A DNA stretch of 18,394 nucleotides from Octopus sinensis (GCF_006345805.1 NW_021824547.1:1-18394); one strand, 5' to 3'; counted from the stretch's first letter, positions 1-9,544 are shown. Notes: generated from the sequence alone by a model not told the origin. Program-made: numbers and translations.

Positions 1-439
1 GTTGACTTTGTGTTTACAATCGTGGAAAATAGTCAAAACGGAAACTAGACTGTACGTTTTTTGGAGCCTGAAGCTTCTTGAGTTGTAACCCAAGAAGGAG
101 GGATACAAAGAAAAAAAAAAACAATCACAATAACATCGAAATATGATTAGTCAACTGTACAACGTAATTTTATTGCTTAGAGCAAAAAAAGAAAGAAAAA
201 ATAAAATACGTTAGAAAATATCTCACATGTTCATCCATTTAGCTCCATATGCTCTATACGTGATATTTTCACATATACACGTGTGAAATTATGCGATGTT
301 TTTTTTTTTATGTTTCTGTCTTTAGTACTATTTGTACGAAGAGTTATTGCTCAGGAACTACAGTTCTTGTTAAAGTTTTTTCTGTCGGTGAACAAATGAA
401 TATTCTGTTTCTTTCTTTGAATTCATGACTATCGTTCAT

Positions 440-790
440 TCAGAAATGGTAGCGCGAGAAGGAAAGAGCCTCATTAAAGCACGTAGTTTTGGTGCGATCT
501 GACAAGTAGAGGGCAATCCAGAAGACAGGAGGGGGATAAGATCTATAGACAAGCGGTTTGCCAGGGAATTTGTGCACCAGACACAATCTAATGCCTTGCA
601 GATGTCGAATACAACAATATTGTTCTCCTTTAATCTTCTCGAGAATGAAGAATCACTTCTGGCTGATGCGTTAGTGTACTCTCTAGTTCATTTGGCTGCA
701 TTGATTGTTATTAAGGAAGAGATTAAAGGTGCTGGAGTATATTGTTACCAACTTTTGATATATTCAAAATCAGTGCGGTTGGATGCCATA
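440..790 (-). mobile_element. Decayed non-LTR retrotransposon (LINE; CR1/L2/Jockey-like) reverse transcriptase fragment with stops and frameshifts
   Basis: The minus strand reads IVVFDICKALDCVW (618-577), resembling the RT motif 'ALDISKAFDRVW'. After a frameshift it reads WIALYLSDR (520-494), resembling 'WISSFLSDR'. Upstream it reads ISKVGNNILQHL* with multiple stops. The clade is not resolvable by eye. Confidence 0.75.
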
Positions 791-793
791 ATA

Positions 794-1205
794 TACTCTT
801 TACTCTTTACTCTTTTACTTGTTTCAGTCATTTGACTGCGGCCATGCTGGAGCACCGCCTTTTTTAATCGAGCAACTCGACCCCGGGACTTATTCTTTTG
901 TAAGCCCAGTAATTATTCTATCGGTCTCCTTTGCCGAACCGCTAGTTAACGGGGACATAAACACACCAGCATCGGTTGTCAAGCAATGCTAGGGGGACAA
1001 ACACAGACACACAAACACACCCACGCATATATATATATACATATATACGACGGGCTTCTTTCAGTTTCCGTCTACCAAATCCACTCACAAGGCTTTGGTC
1101 GGCCCAAGGATATAGCAGAAGACACTTGCCCAAGGTGCCACGAAGTGGGACAGACCCCGGAACCATGTGGTTGGTAAACAAGCTACTTACCACACAGCCA
1201 CTCCT
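794..1205 (-). mobile_element. tRNA-derived SINE, type A, near full length, with internal TA/TG microsatellite
   Basis: The minus strand starts AGGAGTGGCTGTGTGG (A-box-like) followed by a degenerate B-box region. It contains a CORE-SINE-like ACCTTGGGCAAG and ends in a (AAAGAGT)n-like tail at 794-820. It aligns end to end with the + copy at 7730-8170. Confidence 0.9.
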
Positions 1206-1537
1206 ACATTAAATTTTCAAACAAATACGATGAGTTAAATTTAGAACGAGATTTTATTGGTTACATAAGAAAATAACTTACGAATTCGTCCATTCAACGC
1301 CATACGCAACACGAAGGATTTTTGATAATCTTCACAAATATATATATTGCATTTTCCCATTTGTAAATATCTCTAGAGCTTACATATAACCATCCAGGAC
1401 CATTGTATAAAGGTCTTTTGCGTATATATTAAACGGCTGTCGCGAATGGGATATATTGTACACCCTGTAGCTTATTTTCCAAATCTCAAAAATATGGCGT
1501 GTATGCGCATATGTATATATGTAGGTATGATTTCCTG

Positions 1538-1572
1538 CATGTATGTGTGTGTGTATGTATGTATGTGTGTGT

Positions 1573-1615
<43 letters not shown>
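1538..1615. repeat. Compound (TG/TATG)-(CA)n-(TA)n microsatellite
   Basis: Directly visible in the sequence. Confidence 0.95.
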
Positions 1616-1959
1616 AAAGAAGAAACAGAGGAAAAAGAAAATGGCGACTGGGAAGTTAATAAATTGTTTAATATTAACCAAATTACTCATCTTCAATTAC
1701 AGCTGTTTCAATTAATACTTAGGAAATATTAAGTAAATATCAAATTTATATTTATATGACCGGAGAATAATATATTCAGAGAGGAATACACGTACATCTC
1801 TCCACCACACACATGTTTATTAACATAACGTCACTTTCTTTTGGTCCTTCTCCTTGGAACCGAGTATTTCTAGATTCTGTACAAATTTGTTGATACATAA
1901 CCTAATGCAACTATGAGGATAGACACAAAGGAGAATGCATAATCAGGATACAAGAGCTG

Positions 1960-2030
1960 CATGTATGTATGTATATATGCATGTATGTATATATGTATGT
2001 ATGAATATATATACATATATGTATGCACGT
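1960..2030. repeat. Degenerate (TATG)n/(TA)n microsatellite
   Basis: Directly visible in the sequence. Confidence 0.9.
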
Positions 2031-2035
2031 ATGGG

Positions 2036-2274
2036 TGGGGACGCATGGCTTAGTGGTTACGGTGCTGCACACTTGATCGTAAGGTTGTGGCTACGATTCT
2101 AGGATCGAGTGATGTGTTGTGTTCTTGATAAAAACACTTTATTTCACGTTGCCCCAGTCTCTTCATCTTGCAAAATGGAGTGATCTGGTGACAGATGGCG
2201 TCCTATCAAGGGGTGGAATATGTACGCAACAGAAACGAGGAAACAGGTCTTGTGATCCTTTGGCTCGGGAAGGG
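2036..2274 (+). mobile_element. Degenerate tRNA-derived SINE, type B
   Basis: A-box TGGCTTAGTGG (2046-2056) and B-box-like GGCTACGATTCT (2089-2100). The body TGTGTTCTTGATAAAAACACTTTATTTCACGTTGCCCCAGT matches the reverse complement of the 3348-3569 copy. Confidence 0.7.
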
Positions 2275-2351
2275 ATTTTGATTTCTAATTGTAAGTGTGT
2301 GTATATATGTATATATGTGTGTGTTCTTTATATATATATATATATATTATA

Positions 2352-2600
2352 TTAAATTAGAGACAAAACCACTATTATGCAAATCAAACAAAGAAAGACT
2401 TAAGCCAATACATAAATTAATCTCTCTATATATAAATATATATTAACTATTGCTTGACCATTTTCTCACACCGTCTCCGATGAAGGGATATAATAAATAT
2501 CCTGGAAACAGCTGTAAGACCTCCTACTTATAAATGTTCTAAAATCTTCACAGACTTGGTTTTTCTATCTGTTTATATATGCACATGCTGATATATGACC
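2352..2600 (+). mobile_element. Short microsatellite-flanked module, probably a non-autonomous Penelope-like (pLTR-type) element; boundaries approximate
   Basis: AT-rich module that starts right after a (TA)n tract and contains a hammerhead-like motif (2473-2520). PLE pLTRs are known to carry minimal hammerheads. The PLE assignment is inference. Confidence 0.45.
2473..2520 (+). ncRNA. Minimal type-I hammerhead ribozyme-like motif (variant core, one stem II mismatch)
   Basis: Stem I GTCT(2473-76)/AGAC(2517-20); core CCGATGA (2477-83); stem II GGGATAT-AATAA-ATATCCT with an A2484/G2504 mismatch at its base; GAAA (2505-08); palindromic stem III ACAGCTGT; GTA triplet (2514-16). Confidence 0.55.
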
Positions 2601-2656
2601 AACGTAGGACTCTTTATTTGCATAATCACAGAACCTAGAGCTTACCTCTCATAACC

Positions 2657-2965
<309 letters not shown>

Positions 2966-3347
2966 CGTACATACGTGCATTCACATATATATTCAATATT
3001 TTCACATAAATATTCAACACAATCCACTCAACGGAAGTGGCATGTATCATATGATGAAATTAAGAAAATAAAATCAATAAGAAGAATAACAATAATTAAA
3101 AAAATTTTAATTAATTAACACGACTAATTCAAAATCCTATTGAGTAGAAGTAATAATATGATCACTGTAATAACATAATGATTAGTAATTAAATAGAATT
3201 TTTAAATGTATATCTGAATATAATTAATATTCGTCGGAGAAATAATTGATTTCATGATTTTTCAAGCGTGTAATTACAACACGCTGCATAACAATTCTTC
3301 TCGTTGTCATCGTATATAGGTCGAAATACAACCTCATAATCAATTGC

Positions 3348-3569
3348 TCGGGCATTACCCGGTCCCCGTAGGTTATGAGTGATAGAAGTGACAAGATTCC
3401 CAGCGAATTGGATCCCAGTCTGCCGCAGGGTTACTCATTTACGGCTAATGAACTGGAGCAATGTGAAACGGAGTGTTTTGCTCAAGAACACAGTGCCGGT
3501 CTTGGAATTGAAACCATGATCTTGCGATCAGGAATGCAATACCCTAAGCACTTGGTCACTCGCTTTCAC
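3348..3569 (-). mobile_element. Degenerate tRNA-derived SINE, type B
   Basis: The minus strand reads ...TGACCAAGTGCTTAGGG...GATCGCAAGATCATGGTTTCAATTCC (tRNA-like head with B-box), then TGTGTTCTTGAGCAAAACACTCCGTTTCACATTGCTCCAGT, homologous to 2036-2274. Confidence 0.75.
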
Positions 3570-3690
3570 AAAACCAAAATATGACTTTGATATTGAATCA
3601 ATTTCTAGAAGTGAGGAAAACAAACAACTTTGGTGTTTATTACTGGTGTTTTGTATCAGTAATGTCTATTTCTGCACTAAATAAATTGCC

Positions 3691-3855
3691 GTAGGCATGG
3701 TTGTGAGGTTAAGCAGTCCGCTTAGCAATTAAGTGGTTTTCTGTTCAATCCAAATAGGTGGTACCTTTGACATGTCATGTACCATAGACCCCGGGTCAAG
3801 CAAATCTTTGTGAGCGAGATTTTGTGTACGGAAATCCGGCGAAAACTCATTGCAA
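3691..3855 (+). mobile_element. Old, degenerate 5' half of a type-A SINE
   Basis: Colinear by eye with the 5' half of 794-1205/7730-8170 (AGGCATGGTTGTGAGG...GTTCAATCC...GTGGTACCTTTG...TTGTGAG...ACGGAAA). It stops at the position of the internal microsatellite. Confidence 0.7.
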
Positions 3856-4021
3856 TAAATTGTTAGTGTTTTTGAGTCGTAAATTTAAACCGTTCCTACC
3901 ACTTCATGGCCCTTTGGATGCTTTATGCTTTTAGGGAAGCCCATGTCGTTGTAAGCATTGAGTCTAGGTATTTCGTCGCTGATTGCTAGATTAGCATTCT
4001 CCTTTCTGCTTTTCGGTAGAC

Positions 4022-4185
4022 TCAGAGTCTGAGAAGGATCTTTGGCACTGCTTCTATTTCTTTGACTAGGCTACTGAAGTTGTCTGGACACTCAACAGGA
4101 CTAAAAGACATGAGCTGTCGAAGGATGGATGAGTAAATTGTGAACCGACAACTAACCAATTGCGGAAGGCTGGAGGGTATGTCAG
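4022..4185 (-). other. Candidate exon (unverified; product unrecognised)
   Basis: Acceptor-like ...ttgttgttaacacgacgtttcag| followed by an open frame DIPSSLPQLVSCRFTIYSSILRQLMSFSPVECPDNFSSLVKEIEAVPKILLRL* in a non-repetitive, GC-richer block. A competing + strand reading (4020-4132) also has splice-like ends. Confidence 0.2.
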
Positions 4186-4347
4186 CTGAAACGTCGTGTT
4201 AACAACAAACAAGATGAGGACAAATATCTGACAAATGTAAATAATGTAATGGAAAACCATACCAATTCCCTTGTCAAGGAAATGCTATCAGAAACTCATC
4301 CGATAGTAGAACTTGCACTCAAATAAAATAGAAGTTATGAGTGATAG

Positions 4348-4396
4348 AACTGGCCCAAGGTGCCATTCAGTTGAAGTGAACGCTGAACGACGTAGA
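4348..4396 (-). mobile_element. Small fragment of a type-A SINE head
   Basis: GGCCCAAGGTGCCA matches TGCCCAAGGTGCCA in the 794-1205 copy; the flanking sequence is weakly similar. Confidence 0.4.
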
Positions 4397-4534
4397 TGCG
4401 AAGTTTATTTTTAAGCCACACAACCATGTCTGTTGTTATTCTTGTTTTGTCTTTTTCTTGTGTTATTGTTACTGTTGTTGTTTTGTTTTTATTTCCCAAG
4501 TTGGTAGACAGAACTGCTAGAAGCTCGGCGTATA

Positions 4535-4550
4535 TGTATCTATACACACA

Positions 4551-4597
<47 letters not shown>

Positions 4598-4612
4598 TAT
4601 ATATATATATTA

Positions 4613-4643
<31 letters not shown>

Positions 4644-4705
4644 CATATACATAATACATACATACATGCATACATATATACATACATATACATATATATA
4701 TACAA
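4535..4705. repeat. Compound (CA)n-(TA)n-(TACA)n microsatellite
   Basis: Directly visible in the sequence. Confidence 0.97.
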
Positions 4706-4959
4706 CGGAGAGAGAGAAACACAAGTTAGAAGAAAAAAGGTGGCCGGTGGCCACACGTGGGAGCCATGTGAGCAAGGGAGGAGAAGTGAGGGAGAGAGAG
4801 TAACAGAGTAATAGGATAGAATAGTGGGAGAAGAGGAGCTAAAAGAATAAGAGAAAGACAGAAAAACGAAGTGCTAAAAAGATAGTATAGAGTGCGCATC
4901 AGAATTATTAAGATAAGACTTACTTCGACGAGGATGCGTGGTGATCAATCTCCATAATA

Positions 4960-4996
<37 letters not shown>

Positions 4997-5008
4997 ATAA
5001 TATATATA

Positions 5009-5150
5009 TATATATAGAGGGCATTATTATACATACATGCCACACGCTACGAGGGGACATTAGTCATTTAAAAAAAAGAATTTTTGGTAGAAATGACTAA
5101 TGTCCCTCGTAGCGTGTGGCATGTATGTATAATAATGCCCTCTATATATA
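5009..5150. repeat. Near-perfect fold-back inverted repeat, ~60-bp arms, 21-nt spacer
   Basis: 5009-5069 is the reverse complement of 5091-5150 except for one base in the G/C run (GAGGGGAC vs GTCCCTC). The spacer is 5070-5090. Confidence 0.95.
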
Positions 5151-5268
5151 ATTAATATATGTTCAATAAGAAAGAATTATTTTCGAATTTTTCTCTTATG
5201 AGGTTTTTCACGCTATCTACCTGATAATTTCTTGTTAAGATTCCTTAGTAGGAGGTTATCCTAATTGT

Positions 5269-5318
<50 letters not shown>

Positions 5319-5385
5319 TATATATATATTATATATATTTATTATATAGATATATATATATATATATATGCATATATACTACGTA
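5269..5385. repeat. Interrupted (TA)n tract (a similar tract lies at 4957-5016)
   Basis: Directly visible in the sequence. Confidence 0.95.
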
Positions 5386-5894
5386 TATTTACATACTTAC
5401 ATCTACACATATATTTATGCATATACGGGTACAGGACGTCACGAAACGTGTACAACAAATATATACGAATCGCGAGTACATGGAACATGAACTATTCTTT
5501 CGAACAACGAAAGACAGAAATGGAAAACAAAACAAACAACACAAAGAACGAGCCTTCATCAGTTGTTGACTGTTTTTCTAGTCTCGTATTTCGAGCATTT
5601 AACAACAATATACACTTTCAATAAAACAATTTGCTCCCGCAAAGCAAATTAAATGTAATTTGGGATTTTGCGGAGGGTGAAAATTGGTAACACAAACAGG
5701 ACAGTGAAAACAAACAGAAAGGACTGCTCAACCTAAACGAGGTTGTGGTGGCGAACGCGTAAATCAAGCTTGGACTGGAGACAAACAAGAACAAATACAT
5801 ATATATGTGTGTGTGTGTGTGTGTATATACATACATACATATGTGTGTGTGCATGTATGTATGTGGGTATATGTCAATGTATGTTTTTGCTTTT

Positions 5895-6110
5895 TGTATT
5901 TGTGCCCCAGCACCGTGTGTCAACGGATGTTGACCTGTTTGCGACATCATAATTTACCGGCTCAGTAAAAGATGTTCATAGAATAGATACTAGGGTTTAA
6001 ACAATGTTACCTACTGCCGTCGATTCAATCGATTAAATATTCTTCAAGACTGTGTCCCAGCATGGCCGCAAGCTCATAACTGAAACAAATAAACAATAAA
6101 AAATATAAGA
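5895..6110 (+). mobile_element. Old, degenerate 3' half of a type-A SINE, preceded by a TA/TG microsatellite (5790-5890)
   Basis: TGTATTTGTGCCCC...CAACGGATGTTG...ATAGAATA...CCAGCATGGCCGCA...ACTGAAACAA matches the 3' half of 7730-8170. Confidence 0.75.
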
Positions 6111-6274
6111 TAACAGATCTGGATTCTTCGTGGTTAAACTACAACAAAGCGGACGCTTAAAAAATGGGAAAAACACCCACCTCCACCCCAGCCAACGAGG
6201 GCCCCTGTGTTACAGTGGTTCCTAACCGAGGGTACCAGATGGTATTTCAGTGGGTGTGACAAGGGAAGAAAGTA

Positions 6275-6640
6275 TATTACTCCGTCGGTTATGGCGACAG
6301 TTGATCAGTTGAACAGCCTGCTCGTGAAATTAAGGTGCAAGTGGCTGAGCACTCCACAGACACGTGTACCTATAACGTAGTTCTCGTGGAGATTCAGCGT
6401 CACACAAAGTGTTACAAACCTGGCCCTTTGAAATACAGGTACAACAGAAACAGGAAGAAAGAGTGAGAGAAAGTTGTGGTGAAAGAGTATAGTAGGGTTC
6501 GCCACCCCCCCTGCCGGAGCCTTGTGGAGCTTTAGGTGTTTTCGCACAATAAACACTCACAACGCCCAGTCTGGCAATCGAAACCGCGATCCTACGATCG
6601 CGAGTTCGCTGCCTTAACCACTGGGCCATTTCACCTCCAC
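6275..6640 (-). mobile_element. tRNA-derived SINE, type C, near full length
   Basis: Minus-strand head GTGGAGGTGAAATGGCCCAGTGGTTAAGGCAGCG...GGATCGCGGTTTCGATTGCC has A- and B-box-like elements followed by a unique body. Its 3' part is repeated in inverted orientation at 6781-6900. Confidence 0.85.
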
Positions 6641-6780
6641 AAAGGCAGAATATGCTTTATTAATTACGCTTTTTAGATTAAAAAGACGACTTGAAGCACA
6701 CCCAAAACTTCCTTATTTTACATATGGTAATGTAAGTCTGAAGCCCTTAATATCATTTCGATACCGCTGTGTGAATTAGC

Positions 6781-6900
6781 ACCTGTATTTAAAAGGGCCA
6801 GCCTTGTCACACTGTGTCATGCTGAATCTCCTTGAGAACTACGTTAAGAATTCACATGTCTGTGGAGCACTCAGCCACATGCACTTTTATTTCACAAGCT
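6781..6900 (+). mobile_element. 3' fragment homologous to the type-C SINE body/tail
   Basis: ACCTGTATTTAAAAGGGCCAG...GCTGAATCTCC...GAGAACTACGTTA...TGTCTGTGGAG...CTCAGCCAC aligns to the reverse complement of 6319-6440. Confidence 0.85.
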
Positions 6901-7034
6901 GGTTATGGTAGCTCGTTATGGTAGCTGACAGAGGGCCAGCATGTATATAGTGGATATTTTGTTCTTAGAAACCTGAAGCTTGCTTAAAAATAGATTAGAC
7001 AATGGTGCCATTTTCTTAGAATTCGGTGAAAGTG

Positions 7035-7257
7035 TCACGGATTGTAATTCAATAATTTGGACAAGGAGAGTATTGTCTTGAAGTGAAATTTGAAAGCAAG
7101 AGTTTTGGTGTCGAGTACTGGATGTACTTCCAAGACCTCTTGGAAATGCACTCCGTGTCCTTGTTCAATTTGCAAGAACAAACTTGTCTGACTGGATTCA
7201 GTTTTCTTTTTGTCAATCAACTCAAAATCTAAGAATCGCCTGAATCCACAGACAAAC
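7035..7257 (-). other. Candidate (terminal?) coding exon, unverified; product unrecognised
   Basis: Acceptor ctttgttgttgattgccatccacag|G at 7258/7257. Only one frame is open: FVCGFRRFLDFELIDKKKTESSQTSLFLQIEQGHGVHFQEVLEVHPVLDTKTLAFKFHFKTILSLSKLLNYNP*. The sequence is non-repetitive, but an ORF of this length can occur by chance. Confidence 0.3.
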
Positions 7258-7729
7258 CTGTGGATGGCAATCAACAACAAAGTTCCACGTTTTGATAAAA
7301 GTCATGAATGAAGAACCAGAAACAAAGAAGTCTTTGAATTTAATGTTCCCATTTGTGATTAATTCTATTGTTCAATAATTTGTTTTAATTGAGTCATTTG
7401 CATTTCTGTTTTATTCAGTGTCAAAAGCATTCATTTTTTTCTTTCTCTTTTGTTTTTGCAGTTCAATTTGTTCGCTCGCACTATTATAAGTTGTTCAAAT
7501 TGGATAAATAAATCAAGAACCTAATTAGTTATTTGAAAACTAACATTTTCGTCTTCAAATGTGATATTAACTTTCGTAGGATGTGTGAAATTGTTTAATC
7601 TAATATTATTTCATAGTGGTGTGGCGCGTAGAAAATGTTAGGAGCGACTGGTTTATGTCTTCGTTCGTCCTGTTGGAAATAGCAAACAATTTTTCCCTGA
7701 ATGACTATCATTTGAAACGAAGAAGATAT

Positions 7730-7875
7730 GGGTTAAGTAGCTTGCTTACCAACCACATGGTTCCGGATTCAGTCCCACTGCGTGGCACCTTGGGCAAGTG
7801 TCTTCTGCTATAGCCTCGGGCCGACAAAAGCCTTGTGAGTGGATTTGGAAGACGGTAATTGAAACAAGCCCGTCG

Positions 7876-7909
<34 letters not shown>

Positions 7910-8170
7910 TGTATGTATGTATGTATGTATGTATGTATATGTACGTGTGTGTATATGTTTGTGGGTCTGTGTTTGTTCCCCCGACATCGCTTGACAACCG
8001 ATGTTGGTGTGCTTACGTCCCCGTAACTTGGCGGTTCGGCAAGAAAAAACCGATAGAATAAGTACTAGGCTTACAAAGAATGAATTCTAGAGTCAATTTG
8101 CTCGATTAAAGGCGGTGCTCCAGCATGGCCGCAGTCAAATGACTGAAACAAGTAAAAGAATAAATGAGTA
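7730..8170 (+). mobile_element. tRNA-derived SINE, type A, slightly 5'-truncated, with expanded internal (TATG)n
   Basis: B-box-like GGATTCAGTCCC, CORE-like ACCTTGGGCAAG, and 3' end GGCGGTGCTCCAGCATGGCCGCAGTCAAATGACTGAAACAAGTAAAAGA identical to the reverse complement of the 794-1205 tail. Confidence 0.92.
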
Positions 8171-8254
8171 TAGGTATGTCTTGAGGTGGTTGATGATCGA
8201 AGCTAAGTTGAAATAAAAATTATTACGCAGTGAGGCAATAATTATTATGCAGTG

Positions 8255-8560
8255 AAACAACTCTGGATATATTCAGGTGTTATTAAACCTCATCAGCATA
8301 AATAGATAAGTATTAAAGAGTTCGATGTTCGGAGATTAAAAAGTTTCAATAAAAATATATATGTGGAAAGTACAGGAGACAGCCCTGGACATATTCAGGC
8401 GTTATTACAGCTCAGCGAAGCATAAATGTGACCTTAAATAAGTATTTAGTCGGCTGATGATACTCGGTGCTTAAATATTTCAATAGAAATAATTACAGTG
8501 AGTACGGGAGACAACTCTGGTCATATTTCGGCGTTATTAAATCTCTGCAGCGAATGATAA
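8255..8560. repeat. Degenerate tandem repeat, ~2.5 units of 122-132 bp
   Basis: The motif A(A/G)ACA(A/G)C(T/C)CTGG..ATATT..GG(T/C)GTTATTA recurs at 8255, 8377 and 8509. The spacers share ATAAGTATT...GTTTCAATA/ATTTCAATA...AGTAC(A/G)GG. Confidence 0.85.
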
Positions 8561-8714
8561 GTTTCACTGTAAGCAATGAAAAATACATCGTTCAAATTAA
8601 TTACTTTGAGACGCCAGGTATCCTAGACATGCTCTTACAAAAGACAAGAGAAACACGGCTGGAATGCCTTTGATCATAGGTCTGCGTGATTAGGGTGAAT
8701 TTGGCGAGTATACA

Positions 8715-8887
8715 ACTGCAACAACACCGACGATAACAATCACAACAACAAATGCTACTACTACTACTACTACTTCCTATATACGACGCGGATGACGTCG
8801 ACAACAACCACAGCATCACACACAAAGAGTAGCAACAAACAGCAATACACAAAGAGCAACAACAAATATTACTACCACCACCACCAT

Positions 8888-8949
<62 letters not shown>

Positions 8950-9146
8950 ACGACTACATGAACAACTCAAACAACGCATAAGAGCAGCAAAAGCTCATTT
9001 AGACAAGCTCCAAGCCGCAGTGAGAAGCAGCGCAGAAAACAGGAAGTAACGTCATTGCATGTCTATTAAAATCTCCAGTTCCAAAGAGCGATATTGTCTA
9101 GCACGGTTCAATAACAACAAAAACAACACCAGCAGCAACTAAAACT

Positions 9147-9177
<31 letters not shown>

Positions 9178-9200
9178 CGGCAATAACAACAACAATAAAT
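8715..9200. repeat. Trinucleotide-rich region: (ACT)n at ~8755-8775 and ~8890-8950, (AAC)n at ~9145-9195
   Basis: Directly visible in the sequence. Confidence 0.9.
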
Positions 9201-9544
9201 ACTATAAGCCTGCAACGAGAGTTTCTATGCATGTATGGTCGGTCGTTCGAACTGTTAGAAATAGCAGTCAGATTTCCATTGAATTACTCTGTGCCATTTT
9301 AAAGAGATGGACACAGACACACACACACACGCTTGCAAACGCACACACAAACACACATGCACATACAAACATACACACACATGCACATACAAACACTGGA
9401 TAATTTTGTCCTAGTTGAATGGGTAAACCGTTATGATCAAGGGTCATGTCAATCAGTGCAGACCTGCACTGAGAAATATTAACATAATGGACAACAGCGA
9501 CAATAACAACACCAACAACAACCATAACTAATCAATAATGTGCT

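Noticed and set aside
572-835. 87-aa plus-strand ORF
   Set aside because: It is antisense to the decayed LINE RT fragment and runs into the SINE tail.
942-1212. Similar ORFs at 942-1212 and 7746-8061 that look like paralogous small proteins
   Set aside because: The similarity comes from two copies of the same SINE.
3372-4349. Exact 16-mer GTTATGAGTGATAGAA at 3372 and 4334
   Set aside because: Both copies lie in or next to SINE fragments and there is no extended similarity; probably a shared repeat remnant.
5400-5790. Minus-strand CTGATGA (5562-5556) and GAAA (5592-5589) in a microsatellite-flanked module
   Set aside because: No arrangement gives paired stems I-III with a UH site. It may be a PLE-related module, but a hammerhead is not supportable.
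6213-6236. CAGTGGTTCCTAACC, hAT-like TIR start (a similar CAGTGGTCCTTC occurs near 14617)
   Set aside because: No matching opposite TIR or target-site duplication was found in the window.
6560-6640. tRNA-like sequences (also ~1140-1205, 2036-2105, 3500-3569, 7730-7780)
   Set aside because: They have A/B boxes but no complete cloverleaf, and they run directly into SINE bodies; these are SINE heads, not tRNA genes.
7130-7195. Plus-strand peptide WKCTPCPCSICKNK resembling a LINE C-terminal Cys motif
   Set aside because: It is short, bounded by stops, and has no adjacent RT-like sequence.
8454-8460. Plus-strand CTGATGA inside the tandem repeat
   Set aside because: It is absent from the other unit and has no convincing stem II/III.
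8255-8560. Repeat-spacer appearance suggestive of CRISPR (also 9651-9720)
   Set aside because: The context is eukaryotic, the 'spacers' are homologous to each other, the repeats are degenerate, and there are no cas genes.
8600-9480. Weakly similar segments at ~8615-8705 and ~9405-9475 (TCCTAG...TGATCA..GGTC), possibly tails of another SINE
   Set aside because: The similarity is too low to define a family or boundaries from this window alone.
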